From Nemertoderma westbladi (Eukaryota; Animalia; Xenacoelomorpha): DNA of 64,000 bases. The stretch spans positions 1 to 64,000 of the forward strand of contig JAUCBJ010006791.1 of assembly GCA_032718475.1 (NCBI GenBank), given 5' to 3'. This document shows, one piece after another, positions 35,181 through 46,000 of the stretch (the first letter of the stretch is position 1; every line of letters begins with the position of its first letter). Below the pieces are notes generated by a model that had not been told where the DNA came from, ran no database searches, and worked only from the letters and a program-made list of their open reading frames with translations. The position numbers and the translations under genes were made by a program.

Positions 35181-36112
35181 TATCAATTATTTTAAATAAT
35201 TGAATTTCTGAATTTTAGGGTTACTTGGTTACTTTACTTACTTTATTACCGTTATTTGAGCAGTAATCCAACTGATATTGAGACCTAATGGTTGTATGGT
35301 AGGCCTACGATTTATAAATCGTTAGATTTGATTTATAATATATATACCCGTTTTAGTGGGTTTTGTCAATGTTTGAAATAAATGTTATTATTTCTGGGGG
35401 TAATCACTACACAAAGCGGTGCGCTTTCAATGAAGTGTTACTTATGAGACACTAAAACAAATAATACTAATTTACCTAAGTTACTTAATACTACAAATTA
35501 CGTACAATTCGGGTTGAGATTACAATCTCTAAATAAACACAAAAATTTACAAAAACACAAAATACGAATTTTTAGGGTAATTTTACAAGAAGTCTACAAA
35601 CCAGCCTAACAAAGGGTTAGAAAACTGGTTATTACAACGGACAGGGTACTACGGTATTTGAAATAATAAGTAGTAGTAAATACACTGCGTTGTCTAGATA
35701 GGAAAATACCACCGCCTGACGACCTATAGCCGTATCGCTATAGGTTCTACGTTATGTATCACGGAGTGTTCCTACCTAGAAGTTAATAGAGCTAATCGAA
35801 TGTGCCTATCAACCACTTTACAACACAGATATAATGTCTACAATAATTACTTCCGGAAAGCACTGTACACTAAACCCTAAATTAGGTACGAGTACTTGTA
35901 CAACAAATAATCAGTAGTTAAATATACTTGAACAGCTAAAAGAACCACGGCATCTGCTGGAGTGACCGATGCACAAAATCACCAGTCTTTACCTACGCCG
36001 AGCAGCCCGTGTAGTACCGGGGTTAATTTAACTATAGCGGTATGTATAACAAACACAATTACTGTAGGAACAAACTTAGGGAATGAATGTTGCGGATAAT
36101 CGCATAAACTCT

Positions 36113-36690
36113 GAATAATAAATATTACGCTACGCGTACAAACTACTCAAACAAAATACAGACCGAACACTGACAGACTACTATCAAGCCTAAACAAACT
36201 ACGGTATATGCAGACTCCGAAATGATTAGGGAGTATGCGCTCTAACCCAGTAGTGCGACTTATTCTTTAGTTGGGGGATTACCTTACAGCGTTCGCTGCC
36301 CCTACTGCCTAATCGTACTTAATCGGACAGATGATCTACACACGCGGCAATCCGTTCAGACCTAATAACAGCCAGACAACTATCCAGCCTACAAATTATC
36401 TAAATAAAATTATACGCTACCCGTACAGACTTACACAAACAAAGTACAGACTAAACGATGGCAGACCACTCTCAAGCCTAAATAAACCACAGGACATGCA
36501 GACTCCGAAATGATTAGGGAGTATGCGCTCTAACCCAGTAGTGCGACTTATTCTTTAGTTGGGGGATTACCTTACAGCGTTCGCTGCCCCTACTGCCTAA
36601 TCGTACTTAATCGGACAAGTGCTCTACACACACTGCAATTCGTTCGGACCTAACAGCAATCAGACAACAGCTCAGCCTACAAATTGTCTG
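36113..36690. repeat. 288-bp tandem duplication with an identical 122-bp core in the leader of C
   Basis: 36208-36329 equals 36496-36617 exactly; the flanking parts of the units are clearly diverged. Confidence 0.9.
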
Positions 36691-36966
36691 TCCAATCTGA
36701 TCAGGTTTACACGCCTTCTGTTCAATACTGGCCTACAAACAAATAAAACTTGACAGAAATAAGTAAACCATATAAAGGAATAAGGGGTGATCAATCCCTA
36801 ATCCCTTAAACAGCCTACCGGTATACAACAATCAAATCGAATAATACTAGTGTACTTATACGGCAGTACCGGTTAGACAGTTAGGCCTACTGACCTACAG
36901 GTGTACCGTTCAGGTTTACCGGTTGACCGGTACTTTCAACTTTATTGCTTACTGCAACAAAGAAGC

Positions 36967-36978
36967 TATATCCTTTAA
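36967..36978 (-). promoter_or_regulatory. Non-tRNA primer-binding-site candidate of element C (TTAAAGGATATA, element sense)
   Basis: Abuts the 5' LTR with no TGG. Perfectly complementary to LTR-internal TATATCCTTTAA (element sense) at 37739-37750 and 25948-25959. Confidence 0.55.
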
Positions 36979-38217
36979 TGTTCGCGCTTTCAGACCTTTG
37001 GCAGTTTAACCCACCAAATTAAGATGTCTTCTAGATATTAAATCGCTTTTTAGTCTATGACAAGTATTTGATTCACTACACTAGTCGAAACCAATCCGTG
37101 CGCGACCATTCACCCGCTGGATATTCCCGGGAGATTGGGTTCGACGGTTTAATTTTGTTGCTATGTAAGCCTAATGTATTATTCGACTGACAGTATTATA
37201 TAATCTCTGACAATATTATTCACCTTCGGTAATATTAACAGTTCCTTTAGGACGTGGCGCTTTATCTATATAAACAGAGTTATGACTTAAACTACTCACA
37301 ACGATATGGCTTAATTATAATTCACATATATGGCGCATTCTTTAGGAATGCTTCTTTAACAGACTCACTCATACACAATGCTGCACAATACTGCACACTA
37401 ATCTGCCGATCTTCACTGATTTTAGTCACATATAAAAGGAACACAGACTGACTCATGTAGGGTCTATCAAATAACATTAGATTCACTTCAAACCACTTTA
37501 ACATAAGTCACAATCGTTTATCTGTAACCTTTCTCTCTTACCTTCGGTATATCAAGAATATTGGGTTTCGGGGTTATTTCTCGTTATTCCAAATATAATA
37601 ATTCATCAACCATATTATGAAGAACTGACGGTAAATAGCAGTATAAAACAACAATGAAAACACTGATTGTTATGAGTTTGCAATGTTTCAGCAGTCAGTA
37701 TGTATGATCAGTTAGCAGTGATTCCATGAGTCAGGTAGTTAAAGGATATATGCCCTTTATAATTAAACCTACTAGTGTAAGACTAAAAAACAGTAAAGCA
37801 CATAATACTTCCAAGCCGTTCTTTCTTTGGCTCAGGACTGAATGTAAACACTGCACATAGGCATTGCGTCATTTCTCGGAAATTTTCTGTACAAGGAGCC
37901 ACAAAAACGCTCTAATTGGCTGACTGAACTGAGAGACGCCGTAGAACAAAGGAAATCAACACGTATGAATGTCAGCTGTTAACCGTAGTCATAGTAACTA
38001 CTGTTCAAGAGTAGCTATCACCCCTTTGCGTCACGAATTGCCATAGAATCATAAAATATGCCTTTCACAGTACACATACGGAGGAAATAGGTCTTAGATC
38101 CTCTAAAAACACCGATACAGCAATAATACGGTCTCTTACACTTATTAAATCAACTACAGAGTATTTTAATGTAAAAGATAATAAAAATAACGGGGCAATT
38201 CAGCAAAGGCTTTTACA
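36979..38217 (-). repeat. 5' LTR of element C
   Basis: Direct repeat of 25194-26426; TATAAA-like motif near 37757-37762 (minus). Confidence 0.93.
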
Positions 38218-38330
38218 CATACCTAATGGTTATAAACTACAACACATGCCAAGAACACATACGATTGGAGGTGGTGTGGGATGTGTATACAATACCACGG
38301 TGAATTTGAACTGGTAGCCGGGACGAGTCA

Positions 38331-41300
38331 GTGAAGTATAAATCATTCGAATATATTGAACTAACTATGTTATACATGGGGATATTATTCAGGTTCGTTA
38401 TAATCTACCGTACCTGCCTCTCAAAGGAAAATGGACTAAATATTAATATTTTTAATGGAGAATTCTGTGACATGATGCAGCGACTAGTTGTGTCCACTGG
38501 ACGATTGATTATACTGGGTGATTTTAACTTCCATGTTGACGATAAATGTGATAGAGATGCTACGGCGTTTTTGGATCTGATTGGCTGTTTTGGATTAGAA
38601 CAGTTAATAAATGAACCGACTCACTCGAGAGGTCACACACTGGACTTAGTATTGACGCTCACGGACGACGATATGAAAGTTAAAGACATATTTGTGAGTG
38701 ATATTGGCTTGTCGGACCATTACCTTGTAAAGTTTAATATCGACTTGGTGAAGCCCAAATGTCCGATAGCCAATATTTCATATAGGAAAACAAAGTCTAT
38801 TAACATAATGAACTTAATTGGTGATATCGAAAACACAGCCCTTATCAAAAATCCCAGCGATGACATCGAGGAATTGGTGAAACAATATACGGAGACCCTA
38901 TCAAATGTACTTAACAAGCATGCCCCACTAGTACACAGTACCAAGGTTAAACGACCCTCAGCACAATGGTACAATGATACAATTTACATTGGAGAAAAAG
39001 AAAAGGCGACAACTTGAACGTCGATTCAGGAAATCCAAACTGAAAGTTGATCAACTTGCGTACTGGGAGCAGTGTCAGGTAGTGTCAAATGCACTCAACC
39101 ACGCAAAGCAACAATACTATAAGGGAATAATAGTGTCGAATAAGGGAGATCAAAAGACACTATTCACTGTTCTCAATAAATTCTTATATCAAGAACGGAG
39201 GGCCAATCTCCCGAATTACGACAACGAGGAAGAGCTGGCTAACAGATTTGCAACATATTTCGACCAGAAGATATGCATAATTCGTGATGAATTGATGATG
39301 AATGTAAATTCTCAGACAAGGGGGTTAACATGTACAGATACTATAACCGGCGCGGCTCATATCGGTGTCGGAGCTGCTGGAGCGGTTCACCCCAGTGTCG
39401 GAGCGGCTGGGGCGGTTCACCCCGGTGTCGGAGCTGCTGGAGCGGTTCACCCCGGTGTCGGAGCGGTTCACCCCAGTGTCGGAGCTGCTGGAGCGGTTCA
39501 CCCCGGTGTCGGAGCTGCCGGAGCAGTTCACCCCGGTGTCGGAGCGGTTTACCCGGGTGTCGGAGCTGCTGGAGCAGTTCACCCCGGTGTCGGAGCGGTT
39601 TACCCGGGTGTCGGAGCTGCTGGAGTGGTTCAACCCGGTGTCGGAGCGGCTGGGGCGGTTCACCCCGGTGTCGGAGCTGCTGGAGCGGTTCACCCCGGTG
39701 TCGGAGCGGTTCACCCCAGTGTCGGAGCTGCTGGAGCGGTTCACCCCGGTGTCGGAGCGGCTGGGGCGGTTCACCCCGGTGTCGGAGCTGCTGGAGCGGT
39801 TCACCCCGGTGTCGGATGCGGTTCACCCCAGTGTCGGAGCTGCTGGAGCGGTTCACCCCGGTGTCGGAGCTGCCGGAGCAGTTCACCCCGGTGTCGGAGC
39901 GGTTTACCCGGGTGTCGGAGCTGCTGGAGCAGTTCACCCCGGTGTCGGAGCGGTTTACCCGGGTGTCGGAGCTGCTGGAGTGGTTCAACCCGGTGTCGGA
40001 GCGGCTGGGGCGGTTCACCCCGGTGTCGGAGCTGCTGGAGCGGTTCACCCCGGTGTCGGAGCGGTTCACCCCAGTGTCGGAGCTGCTGGAGCGGTTCACC
40101 CCGGTGTCGGAGCTGCCTGAGCAGTTCACCCCGGTGTCGGAGCGGTTTACCCGGGTGTCGGAACTGCTGGAGCGGTTCACCCCGGTGTCGGAGCTGCTGG
40201 AGCGGTTCACTCCGGTATCGGAACTGCTGGAGCGGTTCACCCCAGTGTCGGAGCTGTCGGAGCGGTTCACCCCGGTGTCGGAGCTGTCGGAGCGGTTCAC
40301 CCCAGTGTTGGAGCGGCTGGAGCGGTTCACCCCGGTGTCAGAGCGGCTGGAGTGGTTCACCCCGGTGTCGGAGCTGCTGGAGCGGTTCACCCCGGTATCG
40401 GAGCTGCTGGAGCGGTTCACCCCAGCGTCGGAGCTGCTGGAGCGGTTCACCCCGGTGTCGGAGCTGCTGGAGCGGTTCACCCCGATGTCGGAGCTGTCGG
40501 AGCGGTTCACCCCGGAGTCGGAGCTGTCGGAGTGGTTAACCCTGGTATCAGAGCAGCCCGAGTGGTTCAACCCGGTGTCGGAGCGGCTGGAGCGGTTCAC
40601 CCTGGTGTCGGAGCGGTTTACCCGGGTATCGGAACTGCTGGAGCGGTTCACCCCGGTGTCGGAGCGGCTGGAGCGGTTCACCCCGGTGTCGGAGCTGCTG
40701 GAGCGGTTCACCCCAATGTCGGAGCTGTCGGAGCGGTTCACCCCGGAGTCGGAGCTGTCGGAGTGGTTAACCCTGGTATCGGAGCAGCCCGAGTGGTTCA
40801 ACCCGGTGTTGGAGCTGCTGGAGCAGTTCACCCCGGTGTCGGAGCTGCTGGAGCGGTTCACCCCGGTGTCAGAGCTGCCGGAGCGGTTCACCCCGGTGTC
40901 GGAGATGCTGGAGCGGTTCACCCCGGTGTTGGAGCTGCTGGAGCAGTTCACCCCTGTGTCGGAGCTGCTGGAGCGGTTCATCCTGGCGTCGCAGGGAGAA
41001 GACTCAGCAAATTCGATGAGATAACGGCGGAGGAGGCAGACAAATTAATACGCGATTCAAGGACAACATCAAGTCCGCGGGATCCGCTACCTACATGGTT
41101 GCTGGAAACTTTCAATCGCACCGCTACTTCTTGTTATAACGCTAATTATAAATATTTCGTTGTCCGCTGCAAAGATGCCAGGGTGTCTGAAAGAGGCTGT
41201 CCTCACACCTGTCCTAAAGAAGGCTAGGTTAAACATGGAATTCCTCAAGAATTTTCGACCAGTATCCAATTTGCTATTCATATCAAAACTAGTAGAGAAA

Positions 41301-42584
41301 GTAGTGGGAAGTCAATTAATGCGTCACATGAACTTACACAATTTGGATGAAGATATGCAAAGCGCTTACAAGAAATATCACGGTACTGAAACTGCATTAT
41401 TAAATGTCATGGACGACATACTCACTGGCATCGATGGAGGATCAGTGTGTCTGCTCGTTGCTTTGGATCTTAGTGCGGCGTTCGACACTGTCGAACACAG
41501 CAAACTGCTCGATATTCTGGATCGTGAAATAGGGATTGATGGTTTGGCTCTAGAATGGTTCCGCTCATACCTATCGGAACGTTCGCAGCAGGTGCGCATT
41601 GGGGAATCGTATTCGAATAGTTTTGCACTCAAATACGGATTACCGCAGGGCTCTGTCCTTGGGCCACTACTATTCCGAATATACACCCGGTCTCTATCAT
41701 TTGTCATTAAGCGGTATGGGTTGTATTACCATTTCTATGCTGATGATACGCAATTGTACATTGTTTTTAAACGAGATGAGTTGACAAATGCCGTCGATAT
41801 CTTGGAAAATTGCCTTAGAGATATACAACAGTGGATGCGTGAGTATTTCCTAAAGCTAAATACCGATAAAACAGAAATTATTCTACTCCAATCAAGGTTC
41901 GGTCCGCAAGTTGATGCACCTGTTATTACAGTTGGTAACGATACTGTGGGATGGAGCACATCAGCACGAAACATTGGCCTTATAATAGACTCTCATTTAA
42001 CACTCGTGAAACAAGTGGGGGTGATTGTTAGAGAATCATTTTTCCACCTTCGGCGCCTATCAAAGATAAAACGTTACATGAGTAAAGAATGTCTACAGAT
42101 TTTAATACACACGTTTATTTTAAGCAAAATTGACAATAACAACTCACTGTATTATGGACTACCAGGTACGGTGTTGAAGAGACTACAATATGTACAAAAC
42201 TCGGCCGCTAGATTAGTTGCAGGGGTTAAGAAACGAGACCACATAACGCCAACCTTACGTGCACTTCACTGGTTACCTGTATGTCGCCGAATAGAATACA
42301 AAATTGCGTTGATAACGTATAAATGTCTACACGGTATGGCGCCTGATTATTTGACGAAACGGCTGACCCCATACGCTCCTACTAGAAACTTACGGTCCAG
42401 TGAGCTAGAGTTGCTCCAACCCTCGCGCTATAGACTTACCCACTATGGCAAGAGGTCATTCTCCGTCGCTGCTCCCACCATATGGAACTCACTGCCTGTG
42501 GAACTCCGACAAACCGTTACAATCGGAGCATTTAAGAAAAAGTTAAAAACGCATTATTTTAAATTGGAATATAACAATGATTAA
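38331..42584 (+). pseudogene. LINE ORF2 (EN-RT) with frameshifts near 38990, 39817 and 41105 and a stop at 40118
   Basis: Consecutive ORF pieces 38331, 38974, 39365/40352 and 41160 join into one ORF2. Confidence 0.88.
39348..40993 (+). repeat. GC-rich 30/21-bp minisatellite in the LINE ORF2 linker
   Basis: Units GGTGTCGGAGCTGCTGGAGCGGTTCACCCC (GVGAAGAVHP) and a 21-bp form (GVGAVHP). Confidence 0.95.
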
Positions 42585-43050
42585 TTTTTTATAAGCAATG
42601 CATTTTTTTTTTTAAACTCAATATTCAATTTACTTTCAGTTTTATCACATACGTCGAATTTGTTTTAAATAACTCCGCCAGCGTTCTTTTTCAATCACCC
42701 TTCGCATTCATTAGTTTCAACTCGGCCTGCCCTTATGTTTGTTCTTAACCCAGATCTTGTCCGTTTTTTAATTAACGCATATTTTTTTTAATTCATTGAT
42801 TGCTTTAAGTTGAAGCGCCTAGAATATATAGCCCATAGAATTACAGCATCTTGAATAGTATCGCCAATAACATTTTAACTTCAATTGATCGTTTTTAATC
42901 ATGTTTTTAAGTTACAACCCATGTTTTTAGCTAACTGTTTAACGTAATTTAGTATTTAGTATATTTGGTCAGTATATTGTGGTTGTATTGTGCAGTTCTG
43001 TTGTACCAAGCACCTTGATCTACTGCACTTTTGTAAAGGCGCTATATAAA

Positions 43051-43079
<29 letters not shown>

Positions 43080-43081
<2 letters not shown>

Positions 43082-46000
43082 GATGGAGTCAGTTCACCAT
43101 CATTTTTTGGTGGCGAACAGATTGAGGTCCATGATGGAGTCAGTTCACCACCATTTTTTGGTGGCGAACAGATTGAGGTCCATGATGGAGTCAGTTCACC
43201 ACCATTTTTTGGTGGCGAACAGATTGAGGTCCATGATGGAGTCAGTTCACCACCATTTTTTGGTGGCAAACAGATTGAGGTCCATGATGGAGTCAGTTCA
43301 CCATCATTTTTTGGTGGCGAACAGATTGAGGTCCATGATGGAGTGTTGTTCGCCACCATTTTTTGGTGGCGAACAGATTGAGGTCCATGATGGAGTCAGT
43401 TCACCACCATTTTTTGGTGGCGAACGGATTGAGGTCCATGATGGTTTGTTGTTCACCACCATTTTTTGGTGGCGAACAGATTGAGGTCCATGATGGAGTG
43501 TTGTTCACCACCATTTTTTGGTGGCGAACAGATTGAGGTCCATGATGGAGTGTTGTTCACCAACATTTTTTGGTGGCGAACAGATTGAGGTCCATGATGG
43601 AGTCAGTTCACCACCATTTTTCGGTGGCGAACAGATTGAGGTCCATGATGGAGTCAGTTCACCACCATTTTTTGGTGCGAACAGATTAGGAGGTCCATGA
43701 TGGAGTCAGTTCACCACCATTTTTTGGTGGCGAACAGATTGAGGTCCATGATGGAGTCAGTTCACCACCATTTTTTGGTGGCGAACAGATTGAGGTCCAT
43801 GATGGAGTCAGTTCACCACCATTTTTTGGTGGCGAACGGATTGAGGTCCATGATGGAGTCAGTTCACCAGCATTTTTTGGTGGCGAACAGATTGAGGTCC
43901 ATGATGGAGTCAGTTCACCACCATTTTTTGGTGGCGAACAGATAAGGTCCATGATGGAGTCAGTTCACCACCATTTTTTGGTGGCGAACAGATTGAGGTC
44001 CATGATGGAGTGTTGTTCACCACCATTTTTTGGTGGCGAACAGATTGAGGTCCATGATGGAGTCAGTTCACCACCATTTTTTGGTGGCGAACAGATTGAG
44101 GTCCATGATGGAGTCAGTTCACCACCATTTTTTGGTGGCGAACAGATTGAGGTCCATGATGGAGTCAGTTCACCACCATTTGTTGGTGGCGAACAGATTG
44201 AGGTCCATGATGGAGTTTTGTTCACCACCATTTTTTGGTGGCGAACAGATTGAGGTCCATGATGGAGTCAGTTCACCACCATTTTTTGGTGGCGAACAGA
44301 TTGAGGTCCATGATGGAGTCAGTTCACCACCATTTTTTGGTGGCGAACAGATTGAGGTCCATGATGGAGTCAGTTCACCACCATTTTTTGGTGGCGAACA
44401 GATTGAGGTCCATGATGGAGTCAGTTCACCACCATTTTTTGGTGGCGAACAGATTGAGGTCCATGATGGAGTCAGTTCACCACCATTTTTTGGTGGCGAA
44501 CAGATTGAGGTCCATGATGGAGTCAGTTCACCACCATTTTTTGGTGGCGAACAGATTGAGGTCCATGATGGAGTCAGTTCACCACGATTTTTTGGTGGCG
44601 AACAGATTGAGGTCCATGATGGAGTCAGTTCACCACCATTTTTTGGTGGCGAACAGATTGAGGTCCATGATGGAGTCAGTTCACCACCATTTTTTGGTGG
44701 CGAACAGATTGAGGTCCATGGTGGAGTCAGTTCACCACCATTTTTTGGTGGCGAACGGATTGAGGTCCATGATGGAGTCAGTTCACCACCATTTTTTGGT
44801 GGCGAACAGATAAGGTCCATGATGGAGTCAGTTCACCACCATTTTTTGGTGGCGAACAGATTGAGGTCCATGATGGAGTCAGTTCACCACCATTTTTTGG
44901 TGGCGAACAGATTGAGGTCCATGGTGGAGTCAGTTCACCACCATTTTTTGGTGGCGAACGGATTGAGGTCCATGATGGAGTCAGTTCACCACCATTTTTT
45001 GGTGGCGAACAGATTGAGGTCCATGATGGAGTCAGTTCACCACCATTTTTTGGTGGCGAACAGATTGAGGTCCATGATGGAGTCAGTTCACCACCATTTT
45101 TTGGTGGCGAACAGATTGAGGTCCATGATGGAGTCAGTTCACCACCATTTTTTGGTGGCAAACAGATTGAGGTCCATGATGGAGTCAGTTCACCATCATT
45201 TTTTGGTGGCGAACAGATTGAGGTCCATGATGGAGTGTTGTTCGCCACCATTTTTTGGTGGCGAACAGATTGAGGTCCATGATGGAGTCAGTTCACCACC
45301 ATTTTTTGGTGGCGAACGGATTGAGGTCCATGATGGTTTGTTGTTCACCACCATTTTTTGGTGGCGAACAGATTGAGGTCCATGATGGAGTGTTGTTCAC
45401 CACCATTTTTTGGTGGCGAACAGATTGAGGTCCATGATGGAGTCAGTTCACCACCATTTTTTGGTGGCGAACAGATTGAGGTCCATGATGGAGTCAGTTC
45501 ACCACCATTTTTTGGTGGCGAACAGATTGAGGTCCATGATGGAGTCAGTTCACCACCATTTTTTGGTGGCGAACAGATTGAGGTCCATGATGGAGTCAGT
45601 TCACCACCATTTTTTGGTGGCGAACAGATTGAGGTCCATGATGGAGTCAGTTCACCACCATTTTTTGGTGGCGAACAGATTGAGGTCCATGATGGAGTCA
45701 GTTCACCACCATTTTTTGGTGGCGAACAGATTGAGGTCCATGATGGAGTCAGTTCACCACCATTTTTTGGTGGCGAACAGATTGAGGTCCATGATGGAGT
45801 CAGTTCACCACCATTTTTTGGTGGCGAACAGATAAGGTCCATGATGGAGTCAGTTCACCACCATTTTTTGGTGGCGAACAGATTGAGGTCCATGATGGAG
45901 TCAGTTCACCACCATTTTTTGGTGGCGAACAGATTGAGGTCCATGATGGAGTTAGTTCACCACCATTTTTTGGTGGCGAACAGATTGAGGTCCATGATGG

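Larger units (their letters stand above)
25194..38217 (-). mobile_element. Non-autonomous BEL/Pao LTR element C (Gag-protease only)
   Basis: ~1.24-kb LTRs at 25194-26426 and 36979-38217 (TGTAAAAG...GCGCGAACA on minus); PPT-like GGGAGCGG at 26427-26434; 1669-aa Gag-PR ORF; no RT or integrase; flanks GCAGT and CATAC do not match. Confidence 0.92.
38218..43080 (+). mobile_element. L2/CR1-group LINE, 5' part cut off at the element C LTR, ORF2 frameshifted
   Basis: APE endonuclease (PNGY..HMPR..GGGVG, ILGDFNFH, GHTLDLV, SDHYLV); RT (FRPVSNL, DLSAAFDTV, GLPQGSVLGP, YADD); L2-type C-terminus (WNSLP..FKKKLKTH); 3' stem AGCACCTT/AAGGCGCT and (TTA)n tail. Confidence 0.93.

Noticed and set aside
35716-35752. 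CTGACGA followed by a stem, resembling a hammerhead ribozyme
   Set aside because: The required GAAA after stem II is absent (TTCTAC instead).
39325-41024. Alternative-frame repeat proteins (ERFTPVSELL, CRSCWSGSP, NRSSSSDTGV)
   Set aside because: Other frames of the minisatellite; only the GVGAAGAVHP frame connects to LINE ORF2.
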